DNA from: Hamiltosporidium tvaerminnensis FI-OER-3-3
Lineage: Eukaryota > Fungi > Microsporidia
Direction: 5' to 3'
NCBI GenBank assembly: GCA_022605425.2
Contig: CM061248.1
Location: forward strand, 992,001 to 1,056,000
Length of the DNA: 64,000 nt
Positions 12,666 to 25,669 of the stretch are shown one piece after another (the stretch's first letter is position 1; each line of letters opens with the position of its first letter). The position numbers and the translations under genes are program-made. The notes under the pieces are model-generated. The model did no database searches. It saw nothing but the letters and a program-made list of their open reading frames with translations, and was not told the origin of the DNA.

Positions 12666-15231
12666 ATAAATAAGTTCTTATGCTTTAAATATTTCTAGTA
12701 AATTTTAAATTTAAACAAGACAAAAATCGGTATCTATTTTTGGCTTAAATACCATGTTTTTATTTCTGAAAATTTAACATCAATTGAAATCGAACAAATA
12801 TTTATTAATCATAATGAACTTTAATTTTCATTATAGTTTCAAATATAAAGAAAAATTTAAACTGTTTAAATTTTGACAAAACATTGTGTGAATGTTTCTT
12901 TTACAAAAAATAGAAATATAAAAAATATGGTTTTATATAACCGGTTTTATTTAGAAATTTCGATGTTTTTCTGGCATTTTATGAGACAAAATATCGAAAA
13001 CAATTCCATTTAAAGCTCATATTCTTAGTCTCTCGTTTCGAATTTTAGAATAGAATTAATGTTATATTTGATATTTGTCTTTAAATTTTTCTATCGAATA
13101 TTTTAGGATAGTTTGAAGAGGCTGTATTTACTGTTATGTTACAAATTAGAATAATTTAAATAAACGAAAATAAAACAATTCTCAAAGCTATAAAATCATA
13201 TTTTTTTTTGAAGATAATCTTTGGTCCTTTAAAAATAACGCAAATGTATAATTCGAAATAATAACACCGAACCAAAAATGCCAAAGATTTTTGTTTTTTT
13301 ATTTATAATATGATCAAATCAAAAAACCTTTTTCGAATAGCATAGTTAGCGCTTTTATTCGTTTAAAGCATTGAAACTTTACTTAACTAAATGGCCTGTA
13401 TATAGGCTTATTAATTTGAATGACACACAAAGGTTCTAAAAGCTTATTTTTTTTTTGTAATATTGGCTGGCAAGAATTTTTATGGCTTTTCGTAGAATTA
13501 TTTCCCGAGATGTGACAAAATACACAAGAGAAAATCGAAATTAAAAATTTGCGATAGAATATGAGAATTGCAGTTAAAGAAAATATAAAATTTCGGATAT
13601 CAAAACCTGCGAGTTAAAAATTCATTAAAAATCATATAGATGGAAAATTTACTACTCGTAAATGACTACCTGATCACTTTTTCTTTTGAAATTTAGAAAT
13701 TATGCAAAATAAAAAAATATGAAGAGGTTAAAAAACATTCTCCCAAAAAAGTAATTTACATTTCAAGAAATGCAATTTTATATTTTTTTATGAAGTAAAT
13801 AGCTCAAAAAATTCTAACAGTTATGATTAAATAGAATTATTCATCTACAGAACTTCGATATTTAAAATTTTAGATTGTTATAAAAATAGTATATTTTAAC
13901 AAATAGTTAAGGTCATTTTAGAAAATATTTCTTATAGAAAACAAAAACATTGAACATACAAAAGTATAATCAAAAGAAATTGAACCCATCGATTTAATAT
14001 TAGTATGGTATCAAAGAGCAAATAGAACGGCAAAAACTCGTTGTTTCATCGCGATAAAAAGTGTCTGCACTGCTACAATAACACATCATTCTAAATTTCG
14101 AATGGATTTTACTTGGCTTCATTCATATATTTAGAAGTAAATAAGGCATTTTTTTTCATATAATTCCAAAAATGTTCTTTAAATTAAAATTTAGAGACCG
14201 GGAGGACTAAGGAAGTATTATGATTCCCTTTATTCAAAATATCAACGGACACCTTTTATGTTTACTTATGATGATTATCTTTCGTAAGAATACAATCGTA
14301 CACTCATATTTCTAGCAGACGATTCTGAATGCTCGAAAGAATACTAAAATATTAAAACTGGTCTATAATGAGATCAATAAATACCAAATTTTTAACGCCG
14401 GCTTTTTACATGCATCTTAAAACCACAATATCTTTACCTTCGGAATTACTTCTGGTGTCATATATTTGGGAATTGAGTGTTCCTCTTGTTCCTATGAAAA
14501 ATAAACATTAGCATCTTAATTAAAGGATATGGGCTTGCATTCATCACGAATTATTACACTTAAAACGTTCAGGCGAAGTAGATAAATTCTTACTGAAATT
14601 TCAAATCTAGGAACTATATTTTTTTGGTGGAAAAAAGGATTTTTAGCAGCGGAACAGTCATATCTACTAACATTTATTGGATGATATATTATAGTCCAGA
14701 AAGTAATATTAGCATTACATAATAATGCATCTAGCTTTTTGGTAATTTCTGGTTGGCTAAATACAGAATTTTCTTTTTTAAAATTTAAAATTACGTCGAA
14801 TATTCTAATATATATATAGGGAGGCCGTCCGGATTCATGTTTTCAATTTGTATCTCCTCATTTATATATTTCTTAAATGTTTCATGAGTCGTAGACTTAG
14901 ATAATTGTAGCAGTTAGGAATATTTTCTCATTGAATATCTTTAAATATAACATCACTGAAGCATCTTTCTCTCCGGCTGATTTAATAAACTCATTTAGGG
15001 TATTTTAAACACCAAATACTTAATTTAATAATAATTGACGCAAATATTTATAGAAATTTTAAGTCGTTAGGATTTTTTTTGAAATTTCAGAAAGATATAT
15101 AATAAAATATAAAATTCCTGATTATAATAGAATTCTTCAATGAAAAATATAAATATAAAATATTATAACTCATTTTTTACTATAAAAAAATTTAAATTTT
15201 CTATTTAATATATAAAACTAAAGAAATTGGT

Positions 15232-15723
15232 ATGTCTGGATTTTTTATTGACGTACTAGTGGGTTTCTACTTAAGTAGAGCTTTTAAGTCATTGCTTGCA
15301 TCTATACACAAAATTTTAAAGATTAAAAATAGAAAAAATTCGGAGCAAGATAAAATATATCCAAGTACATCATATTTAGAAAGCGTAGTGTTACGAAAAA
15401 ATTGGAATATTCGAGGCCAAATACTCCACCGCTTTTTCGTAGAAATATAACCCTAAAAAAAATATTTGTATGGAAAACATCTAGACAAGACACTATTATA
15501 GTATATTGTTTAAGATAATATGAAGCCGTCAGAAAACTTCTATTATTTTCAAACTTTAGATACCCTAGATATACTCTCGGTTTATTAAATTTGTTTTTGC
15601 GATCTTTCACAATAATAATCATAATTCAAATTTGGTTTTTACGGTGTAAAATCTTGCCATATAGCATGACATTGAAGAAATTTTTTAAGAAAAATCGGGG
15701 AAGTACTTGAATGACTGGCTTAA
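15232..15723 (+). pseudogene. Possible decayed gene of unknown function
   Basis: ATG ORF 15232..15450 follows an AT-only spacer; protein-like sequence continues in shifted frames; not identifiable. Confidence 0.25.
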
Positions 15724-16209
15724 CCACCCTCTCTTAAACCACTTTATAATATATATTCTATAATTAAAAGAATAGTTAAAAAAATAAAATAAAGAACAAA
15801 ACTCATTTAATTTAAAATACAAGTTTATTTGAGTAAATATTCTTTACATATAATCGGGAATCCTTTAAGTATTAAGAATGAAAATAGTATGGAATTATAA
15901 AGACATCAAGAAATTAATATTAACATTTATGTATATATTTGCATATGTTTGGCCTAAAATTGTGCAGTTTTTAATAAAATGCAACAAATAACTGAATCAG
16001 ATCAGCATCTAAGATTCTAATCAGATTTAATACAAGAAAAAATATATAGATAAAAATTATGATAGTTGTTCAACTCAAATTTGTAGAACAAAAATCAATT
16101 TAATATTATTTAAACATTTTCTTCGGAGCTGGACATACACTTAAGATTATTTTATAATATATATTTCTGAGTTATGTAAAGTGAAATATTTAAAACATCT
16201 ATATAATCA

Positions 16210-16460
16210 TGTTCCCCACCATGCCGGGAGCAGAATTGGCTTGGAGTATTCTCTGCTTTGAAAGAGGCAATTAAAAAGGACTGATACTCCAGGTTGGAGT
16301 TGGGCCTAGGGCTAACAATAACCCGCTCTCTAAACCCACCCAGTTAAGATACTCAAAAAAGTAAACAAACCTACTAGAAAGAGAACATGGGCGGTATTAC
16401 TGACGGAGGCCAAAGCTCATGTGAACTTTAGTGCCGAAGATGAATGAATGAATACAAACA
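16210..16460 (+). repeat. Repeat family B copy, TGTT...AACA termini, (TGAA)3 near 3' end
   Basis: Aligns with 1847-2088 (CAGAATTGG, AAGAGGC, TCCAGGTTG, TAGGGCTAA, AAAAAGTAAAC, ATTACTGA). Confidence 0.8.
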
Positions 16461-19400
16461 TGACTTTCATTTAAAGTCTTGTCAAGAATCTGGTATTATC
16501 ATTTTTATAAATCAGAAGAAATCTAGGATATTGTTTTTGTTTATCCTATCGAGCCCAATTTATTCCCAGGAATCAAAAATTCGGGGTATATCGCTATAAA
16601 TAAAACAATTTTTATATATCTGATACTATTTATAGGTTTCCATATCAAGAATTTATTAAGCATAATGTTCGAATTTAATTCTCTAAACGGCTTCTATAGA
16701 TTTATTGTAAGATATAGATGAGGCACTACAATTGTTTGATTTTAATAAATATTATAGTCATAAAGACTCGTCGATTATATCAATCTCATACATTTTTTTA
16801 CATATAATTTAAAAATTCATAATGGGCTTAGTGTTTGCATGAAATAATGGTTTTCGATATTTTTATAAAAATTTGTATATTTTACGTAAAAAGACTTGTT
16901 TAAAAACCTAGAAAACAGACCAAAATTAAGTTTCTGGCTTTCATAGAAATTTTATTTTAGATGTGGGTATTTCAAGAACATTTTATGAAGAATGCTAGCG
17001 TTCTCTACGATAGATATTTTTACACTTTTTATACATAATTGCATTTTAAATAAACACAAATCGGTATAAAACCAAATATTTAAATCGATATGGGTGTAAT
17101 ATATTCTTCTGAATTTATATATTAAGTTTAATATAAGCTCAAACATATATTTGCCTAGTAATTAACCGAGTTCAAGCTTTATATATACATGTGATACAAT
17201 AAAGGTCAAATTTACTTTTCAATAAAATTTATTTCGCTTTATTGATTTAGTGAAATGCTGTGGTATAGCATTTTAAATTTATATGATTAAAATACGAAAA
17301 ATATTTTTATTGCTAGCCGTAAGGAAGATTAATCCAATATAGGCATCTATTTGTACTTTGTCAAATATGTTTCGATTCTCGTTATTATCGTTATTTTTTC
17401 AAATTATTATATTTTGTTTATTTCAAAACCATAAGCGTGATAATTATCTTCACAATATGTATAAGTAATCGAAGAAGTTCATCCTCTTGTTTTCTATATC
17501 TATTAGTGGTTGATATTACTCTATTGAATTAGAATTAAGCCCATATAAATAATATTTTGTGAAAAAACTAAAAAAACAAAAAACTAAATAAAAATAATCA
17601 ACAGAATAAGTTCATTCTGCATTATTAATACTATAGATATAGCTTGAACAGTTTCAAAATAAACAAAAAATTTGGGAAAAATCGGAAACATCGGATATGG
17701 CTTATTTCCTCAATATTTTATTTAATGGTTTGGTATCTTATACATTTTTTTTTATCATAAAGAGATTTTGCAACATAAAAAATCAGAGATATATATGCAA
17801 AATATTAGCATTAAAATATACCAAATCGATGACGCAAAATTGAGGGTTAGTTCTACTTTCACAATCATTAATTTGAACCGTGGAACATCTCTTTGAAAAA
17901 AAAGAGAAACTCTCATCTTGAATACTGAACATATGTTTCAAGAACACCAACTATTATTCAAAAATTATTGTTTATCTTTGTTTGGAATTTGCTATTTTTT
18001 TGAAATTATACTTATTAATATAAATTCTAGCACAATAAAAATGATATGAGCCAAAAACGAATCGCTATATTTTTTGAAGATAATTACCTTACAATAAACT
18101 ATATTATACATTAGCAATTTTATAATGAGTCTATATAAAAGATCAGAATCATGTCTAAATATTTACAAGGCTTAATAGGAAATAGGAAGTAATGAGTATA
18201 TCGCAATTGACTTTCATGGTGAATAAATTACTTTCTGGCATAATAGTTATCTTTCAAACATGGAAGTCTTGCGTTCAGCTAACAACCAAACTAGCAAAAA
18301 AATGTTTTTTGAATCTTAAAACTTGGCAAACTCATGTTCAAGTGTAAATCGTGTTGCCATAAAAGAATTAGAAAGAGGTGATATATAAGATAGGCTTATG
18401 ATAGAAATTCATTTGTTGTTTAGGTTTTGAAGACTTTGCACTACAGATCTCAATTATTGTACAACTAAATGCCAATTCAACATAAAAAATGTACTTTTAC
18501 TTTTGGAAAAAAAGTTCTCTGTATCACGTTGCGTATAGATTTTCTATACCTTTTTCAAAAAGTTACAAATATACCCTCAAGTTAACGTACCACATTTTTA
18601 TAGTTAAAGAAAATTTAAAAATTTGAACTAAAAAAGAGCTTTCGTAATCTTTTTTGAATATATTTTTATAGCAGGGTGTTAGACTATTACTTTAAAATTG
18701 AGATTTAATGTTATAAGTACTAATCATTTAGTTAGAATCCTGCTTTGCAGTTATAATTTGTATGTTTTTTTACTTTAGATCATGAATTTTGCTTTTCAAA
18801 CACACTTTTCAAAACCATTCTTCGTTTCTAGCATTGAAATTATCTTACCAATATTTCCTTTGAAAAAATTTCAGTTTATACCATTCAAGTATTTCTAACC
18901 GTAATCTCACTTTATGTATTATAAATGTTTCATGGATTTTTAGATATAGACTTTTTCCTTTTCCGGGCCATTTACCTTATATACCCCTAAAATTTTAACC
19001 TGCTTATAAATATGTGATTCTTACAAATACTACTTATAGCATTTTCTTTAAATATTATTAATTAACATGAATTATTTCTTTTAGATCATAAATATCAAGT
19101 TTATGTTAGAATTCGAACTTGCAAACTATTTATTTTTGACTTGTTTTATGCCATTGGTCTTATATTTTTATTTTCCCTGTACGCTTCGATTGTGTAGAAT
19201 TGAAAGATTCTGTCTATAATTTTCTAATATTTCTCTTGAGAAATTTCGTTTTTTTTCGAAGCTATTTTGAAGAGATATATTTTTTTTTGAAAATTCAGAG
19301 CCATTAATATTTGGGTTATTTTGGGAAAGCAAATATACTATAGAAATCATACTGTTCTGATAGTATGAATTATGCCACCAAGTATTTAAGTAGAGACAAA

Positions 19401-20343
19401 GGTTTAGAAGCAATAGCAAAGATAAATCTTGATTTTGGATTATACTGAAATTCAAAAGCACACCCGTTTTAATAAGTTTTGTCCTATATTTATAGATAAC
19501 CAATCTAAATTTTCCCGGTGAGATATTAAATTAAAACGTGATTTAAATCATTACGCTGATATTATTGCAAATTTGTCTCCTATGTAACAATATTAAGATT
19601 TTTTATAGCAAAAATGATTTTTTTTCATTAAAATCTTAACATAAACGATTTATAATTTAAAATATTTTATCTTACAATGTTATCGAAAAATTACAATAAA
19701 ATTATTTCTTGTATTTCTTTAATTACTTAATTATAAAAAAAATAATACAAACTTAAATTTGTATATTCTCTTTTAATTTAGTATCAGAATTTTATCAATT
19801 TATGTCTTTCGACTATTCATTCGTTCAAATTAACTTATTTAATTTGAGTAAAATAAGATTAATATATTTTTAATTCACTATAAATTATAGAAAATAATCT
19901 TTAAATAAAATATTAAGCAATCGATTTATTATAGTTGAGAGCAGTGTGTAAAAACTTTAGAATAATTAAAAGATTTATTTGAAATCAGCCCAATAATTCT
20001 ATTTTATACTAAAAAATTTCAGTTCTACATTTACATTTATTGTGCCACTCTAAAAATTTAAATAGTTTAAATTGGTATAATTGTACCAAAATACGTTTAA
20101 GTATATTAAAAAAATATAAATTCCAAAATTGGTTTTTAAAGGAATTAAAAAATTAATTTCAATTTAAGAATTATATATTAAATATTGCAAGGAGACATAC
20201 ATTTCAATTCGTTCTAAATCATTTATTTACTAAAAATAAAGACCTAATTATGTTTAATGTTGCAAAAAAATTTGAATCATCAAAAAATATTATTTAATTT
20301 CAATTTAAATTTAAAAGTATTATAATTTACAGTTTTAGTAGAT

Positions 20344-20625
20344 ATGGATTATATTCTTACCTGGTTGTATTTTATAGGGTTTGCTGTTTCAATGGACGTA
20401 TACGTATATTCACTTCTTAAATTTGATGGTATACCTACACGTAAGGAAAACATGTTTAAATTTTATTGTAATAACAATGGCTCAATGAATAGCCACATGG
20501 GTTCGCTGTTAAACAAAAAAAAAGAAATATGTGTTCCAATCATTATATCTGATATAGAAAAATTTGCCAAGAAAAAACCAGCTCCGAAATCCAGGAATTT
20601 CAACCATTTCATCAGATCTAATTAA
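20344..20625 (+). CDS. Small 93-aa protein with signal-peptide-like N-terminus
   Basis: Intact ATG ORF MDYILTWLYFIGFAVS-; paralog at 52107-52382 shares FAVSMDV and the stop position (RNFNHFIRSN* vs RDFNHFLRSD*). Confidence 0.6.
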   Translation: MDYILTWLYFIGFAVSMDVYVYSLLKFDGIPTRKENMFKFYCNNNGSMNSHMGSLLNKKKEICVPIIISDIEKFAKKKPAPKSRNFNHFIRSN

Positions 20626-20677
20626 AATATATCCCTTTTCGCTTTTATACTAGTGAAAAATATAATGTATTCTTATT

Positions 20678-23141
20678 TTAATGGCTTCCCAATTAGAAAG
20701 CTGCTAAAATTGATGGTATTTACAATTTTTTCATTAAGAAGCTTACAACTCTTCACAAATATCTTTATGATATTGTGAAAGTTATATGTTTAAAAGGAAC
20801 ACCTCAAGCTGATTGGTTTTACTGCGGGCTTACGTATTTGTTACCGAAAGGAATTCCACGAAGAGGCTCTGACTACAGGCCAATCACTTGTATGTCCAAT
20901 CTCTATAAGTTAACAACAAAGTGTGCAACAAAAGTCGTTTAAATTAAAGTGGAAAGGAAAGGGTTGCTTGCAGAGAACCAGTTGGGAGCAGTTAGAGGTG
21001 TGCAGGGAGCGAAAGAGCATGTTCTACTGAATATTGCCTTAAATAAAGAGTATGTAAATAAATTTAAGAACCCATGGATTGATAATTAAAAAGCTTATGA
21101 TTCAATAGATCATGCTTATTTAACTCAATGCATTGAAAACCTTTATTTACCTGATTGGATCCTGAAATTTATTAAGGTAATTTTATCGAAATGAAAAATC
21201 GATATATCAGTAGGGCCTGAAAAAATCGTGAGCAAGAAGATTGATAGAGGGATTCTACAAAGAGATAGTCTGTCACCTTTGTTATTTGTGTTGTGTATGG
21301 ATCCATTAAGCCGAAAGCTTAATGAAAAATACACAAAAGTGACAGTACAAACAGATGCAGAATCCCATTCTACTAATCATTTCTTGTTTATTGATGATCT
21401 TAAGCTCCTTTCTGAAGACAGTTTCACATTAAATGCTATGACAGGCGAGGCAAAGGAATTTTCAGAGGTAATTGGCTTAGAGATAAACAAAGAGAAGTCA
21501 GCCAAAAATGAATAGTGTTGTAAAGATAAAGCTACTCTTCTAGAAGGTGTTAGTGTTTACAAATATTTAGGAATAATAGAAGATAGCACAGGAATTCCAA
21601 CACGTAGCTCATTTGAAGAAGTACAGAGCAAACTTATATCAAGAGTTAAAAGACTTGTCACAGTAGATTAAATGCAAAAAAATTATTTTCTGCAATCAAT
21701 CAACATGCGATATCGTAAATCAACTACCACATAGGAGTACTTCGACTTGAACCGGCTGACTTCTCTAAGTTAGATGATGCAGTGCGTGCGGTGTTGGTGA
21801 AGAATAAAAATATCTCCGCCCAGGATGTAAAGAGCGTTTATACCTTCCTAGAACAGAACTTGAAAGAGGCCTACATAGTGTTGAGTTGTAAAGCGAACAT
21901 ATGCTTCTGCAACTCTTGAATTGTCTGGAAAAAAGTAAAGAAATATCAACTAGACGAGCAGCAATCCTCAAGGTGGAGAATAATAATAAAACCCATCTTG
22001 CACTAATAAAAAGCTTCTTAAAAGTAAAGTACAGGTTGGTAGAAGAAGTCACTAAGAAAAGTTTAGAAGAAGCTCAACTTTATAAACATTATAACGAAAT
22101 AGAAAAACGAAAACTATATTCAAAGTTATATAATGCAAGAAAAAATGAGCTTGTGAGTGTTAGTGACTCTTCAAGATGGCTAAAGAGAGGAAATATTAGG
22201 CCACGAAATGAAGCTGTGTTCTGCTATATCCAGGATAGAAATGTATTCTGGGGAGCAGATGGTGTGTGTCAACATTGCGGGAAGTCTGATAAGACTGTAG
22301 ATCATCTAGCAACTAGATGTTAAAAAATGCTAGGCCATGACTACACCAGACGGCATAATGAAGTTGTTAGATGCCTACACCTACTTCTTCTAAAAAGATA
22401 TAAGTTTAAGTCTTTAAAACGGATTAGGAGTCACTCAGTTCACGAAATTCTTGATAATGAGTATGCAGAGATAAGAGTGGACACCAGAATTAAAACTGAT
22501 GTTAAAATTCGGAATAACAGACCGGACATATTTATTTTAGATAAGAAGAAAAATAAGATAACGCTCATTGAAGTAGGAATCACTTCCCAAGATTCACTTC
22601 AAATAGTTGAAACTGAAAAACTTAGGAAGTATGACCTGCTAGCCAATGAGTTGGGTCTTATTTATAAGTGTAGTGTTGAGATAATCCCTTATGTGATGAC
22701 CTGGGACGGTATTGTGACAAAATACCATAAATCTCATCTTAAAAGACTAGAAATACCCATGAATGTAGAGGCATACATTCAGTCTATAGTACTTAAGAAA
22801 ACAGTCGAAACAATTTCCTTTGATCGACGAAGAGGACTTGAGTCAGGACTTAATGCCGAAGAGAGCTGGGAGAGAGCGTAAATAGGTGTTATTATGAGAT
22901 CAGAGATGCACGAGGAACCAACACCCCCTTTAAAAGAAGCAAAGAGAGAGGAAGATGGTGTTAAAATTTTAAAACCAAAAAATAATACACCCCTTATTCC
23001 ACAAGGAGGAACCACTTTAGAGGAACCGACCAATAACATGAATGAAGAGTCGGATTTGGAAGAAGAGAAAATAGTGGTTAAAGAGGTAGAAGAAAACATA
23101 TAAAAATGTTAAAAATATTTTAACCCAGAATTTTATTAATT
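20678..23141 (+). mobile_element. R4/Dong-like non-LTR retrotransposon, 5'-truncated, disrupted (copy 1)
   Basis: RT motifs (DYRPITCMS, AYDSIDH, GILQRDSLSPLLF, FIDDLKL), LYLPRTEL.RGL, CQHC-x8-H-x4-C knuckle, RHNEVV, RPD..IEV..K..KY endonuclease; 3' end TTAACCCAGAATTTTATT; several stops and frameshifts; no TSD. Confidence 0.95.
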
Positions 23142-24233
23142 AATTCCACTATATTTCTTAAATGCTCTGTAAATTTGAAAATTGTATCAAATTCAGATTC
23201 AATAAAAACTATCTTTTTTAAATTTTTAAAATTTAAATTTGCATTTAGAGAACAAATGACATCATCAGATATGTTACCCCGAAAGAATACAATCTCATCG
23301 ATCTTTTTTTTTAAATTTTTTAAAATAAAACAAAAACTCATTGAATTCGCTCTGTTTATTTCGTTTATATGCAAATATTTTATATCTAATGTATTTAGAA
23401 TTATTAAAAATAAACATTCAACATTATGATTCAAAACCACTTTTTTATAAAAAAATGTAATTAAATTCGTCATTAATTACTAGAGTATGCTTTCTATCTT
23501 CTGTAAATAACCCTTTATATTTATCGTAAATATAAGATTCATTTTCTTTTATAAAAAATAAAAATTTTAAAGCATTTTCGAAATTCAGTAGTTTTAAATA
23601 TCCTTTTGAAATTTTTTTGAATAAAGCATGTGAGAAATAGTCTTGCTTTGAAAAATGAAACGATACTTTTTCGATGTTAAAATTTTTCATTTCATCAGAT
23701 TTCACTAAATAAGAGCAAATATTTTTTATCACATTTCGCAATTTATTATCACATTCAACTCTAAAATATTCTAAAAAATATAATGTTGTATAAAACTTGT
23801 CAATTGTCATTTTATCATTTAATAAACCGTATGATACAAAAAAATCATAAAAAAGTAAAAAATCAGAATTCTTTATATGATGACAGAGAAATATTTCTAT
23901 ATTATTGTTTATTTTGTCAAAATTTTCAAATATATCAAACTTAAGACCAATTCTCTCAATAAATTCTATATAATACTGTTTATATTGCCTATTTGAATCT
24001 CTGACAAGCATTCTTTCCAAACATTTTTTTTCGTCATTTTCATTAGTCTCATCTCTTTTGATTTGACATAGACATTCGAGTTTGAGTTCATTATTAATTG
24101 AAGCTAAGTCCGACCCTTCATTTTCATCTACAACATTAAATCTAATATTTCTTTCACTCGAATAATAGATAAACACAAAAATAAGTGGTTTGTATAATAA
24201 CGTTATGAGATAGAAGCACAGATTAAATTTCAT
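23142..24233 (-). pseudogene. Truncated, frameshifted paralog of the 773-aa LRR gene
   Basis: First 121 aa identical to 38225..40546, then diverged; frameshift at ~23450-23470; cut at 23142 by the 3' end of retro copy 1. Confidence 0.9.
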
Positions 24234-25669
24234 AAATTTTAGAAAAAAAATACGTATTTATAGTTTTAAAATCAATTTACTATTTTAGTTTTTAGTAAAA
24301 AATTTTGATTTTTTTCAAAAAACGTCAAAAATGATTTCTCCTATCATTCAATTAATTCAAATTTTATAAAATGTTTTAGAAGTTTGTAAATTAAAAGGAG
24401 TAAGTAGGAAAAATTGTTGGTATTTCTAAACGTCAAATTTTGTTGAATAAAAATACTATTTTTAGAATTTAAATGAACGAATATTTCTTTTGATTTTCGA
24501 TTGTTATTTGTAGTTTTAAGAATCAATAATTGACTGTTACTTAGATTTCAGCTAAGTTTTATATTACTAATTAAACAAAAATTAAGTTCTTTTATTTTTT
24601 GCAGAATTTCACTTAATAAAAAATACGAAATTTGATTATTTTTAGAATCAGAATGATATTTCTTAAAATGACAGTTTTAATTTGTTTTGAATTTGTATCG
24701 AATGGCAAAAAATGGTATAAAAAATGTAAAGAAAGTTGATAAAATGCAATGGTATAGATTTTATGTTCTCGAAACGTAAATTTAACAAATGAATAAAACA
24801 AGTCTTTAGGAAATATACCAAATATATTTTTAAACAAAATTTTAATATTTTTTTTAATGACCTAGTTTTACTAAGAATTTTCTATTTTGTTTATATATTA
24901 AAAGTATTTTTTCATGTTTACTCACATTTATTAATTTTAAATTTAGATTTGTTTAATTACATTTCTTGAGCTAATTTCAATTCAGTAATTATAAACGTTA
25001 TTAAGACATTTTTTCGAGAAGTAAAATTCGAGACTTTAAACAGAATTTTAAATGCTTTTGTTAGCGTTTCGAAGATCATAGTTATGCGAGAACTAAAATA
25101 AGATTATAAAATTACACAAAAACTCAAACAAGACGGGATAAGAATGTCAACGAAGAAACATTAAAAATATTCGCTATTAAACTTATTAGATATAATATAA
25201 CTTTGTAAAATTAAGAAGTATTTATAGACTTGTTCGTATATTCAGAATACTATCTTTTCTTAAAAAACACTTTTCATAAATTCAAGTCTCGGTACGTATA
25301 GACAGCTAAAAAGTTCTAGATATTTGTATTACTGTGATTTTTTAAAAAAACAATTGTTTATTTTGTGGCAGAAATTAGATGGATAATAACCAAAGAGCAA
25401 AAATCGCCCAAATAAAACGAATCAAAAATTATTTTTAAAGAAAGCATAAAGAAGAGTTATGAATTTTAAAATATTATGATGATTTATTTTTATATTGGCA
25501 GGTTTAATTTACCACAAAAGATGCTTATGTTTTGAAAATATTTTAAAGAGGACTAGAAAGAACGAAGAACATACCTTTTCTTTATAATTAGTTTTTTGAC
25601 AACTGTTAGATAGTTCAATTTTCTTAAAAAAACTAACATAATTTTCTACAGGTAGCATATTCTATATTT

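Noticed and set aside
13950-15140. Decayed minus-strand gene
   Set aside because: Protein-like stretches with many stops and no identifiable motif.
16380-16440. Hammerhead ribozyme or retrozyme in family B (CTGACGGA...)
   Set aside because: The CUGANGA/GAAA core is not conserved across copies.
17800-19503. Convergent remnants sharing WHNSY (~18236 on +, ORF 19168..19503 on -)
   Set aside because: A five-residue match is too short to establish paralogy.
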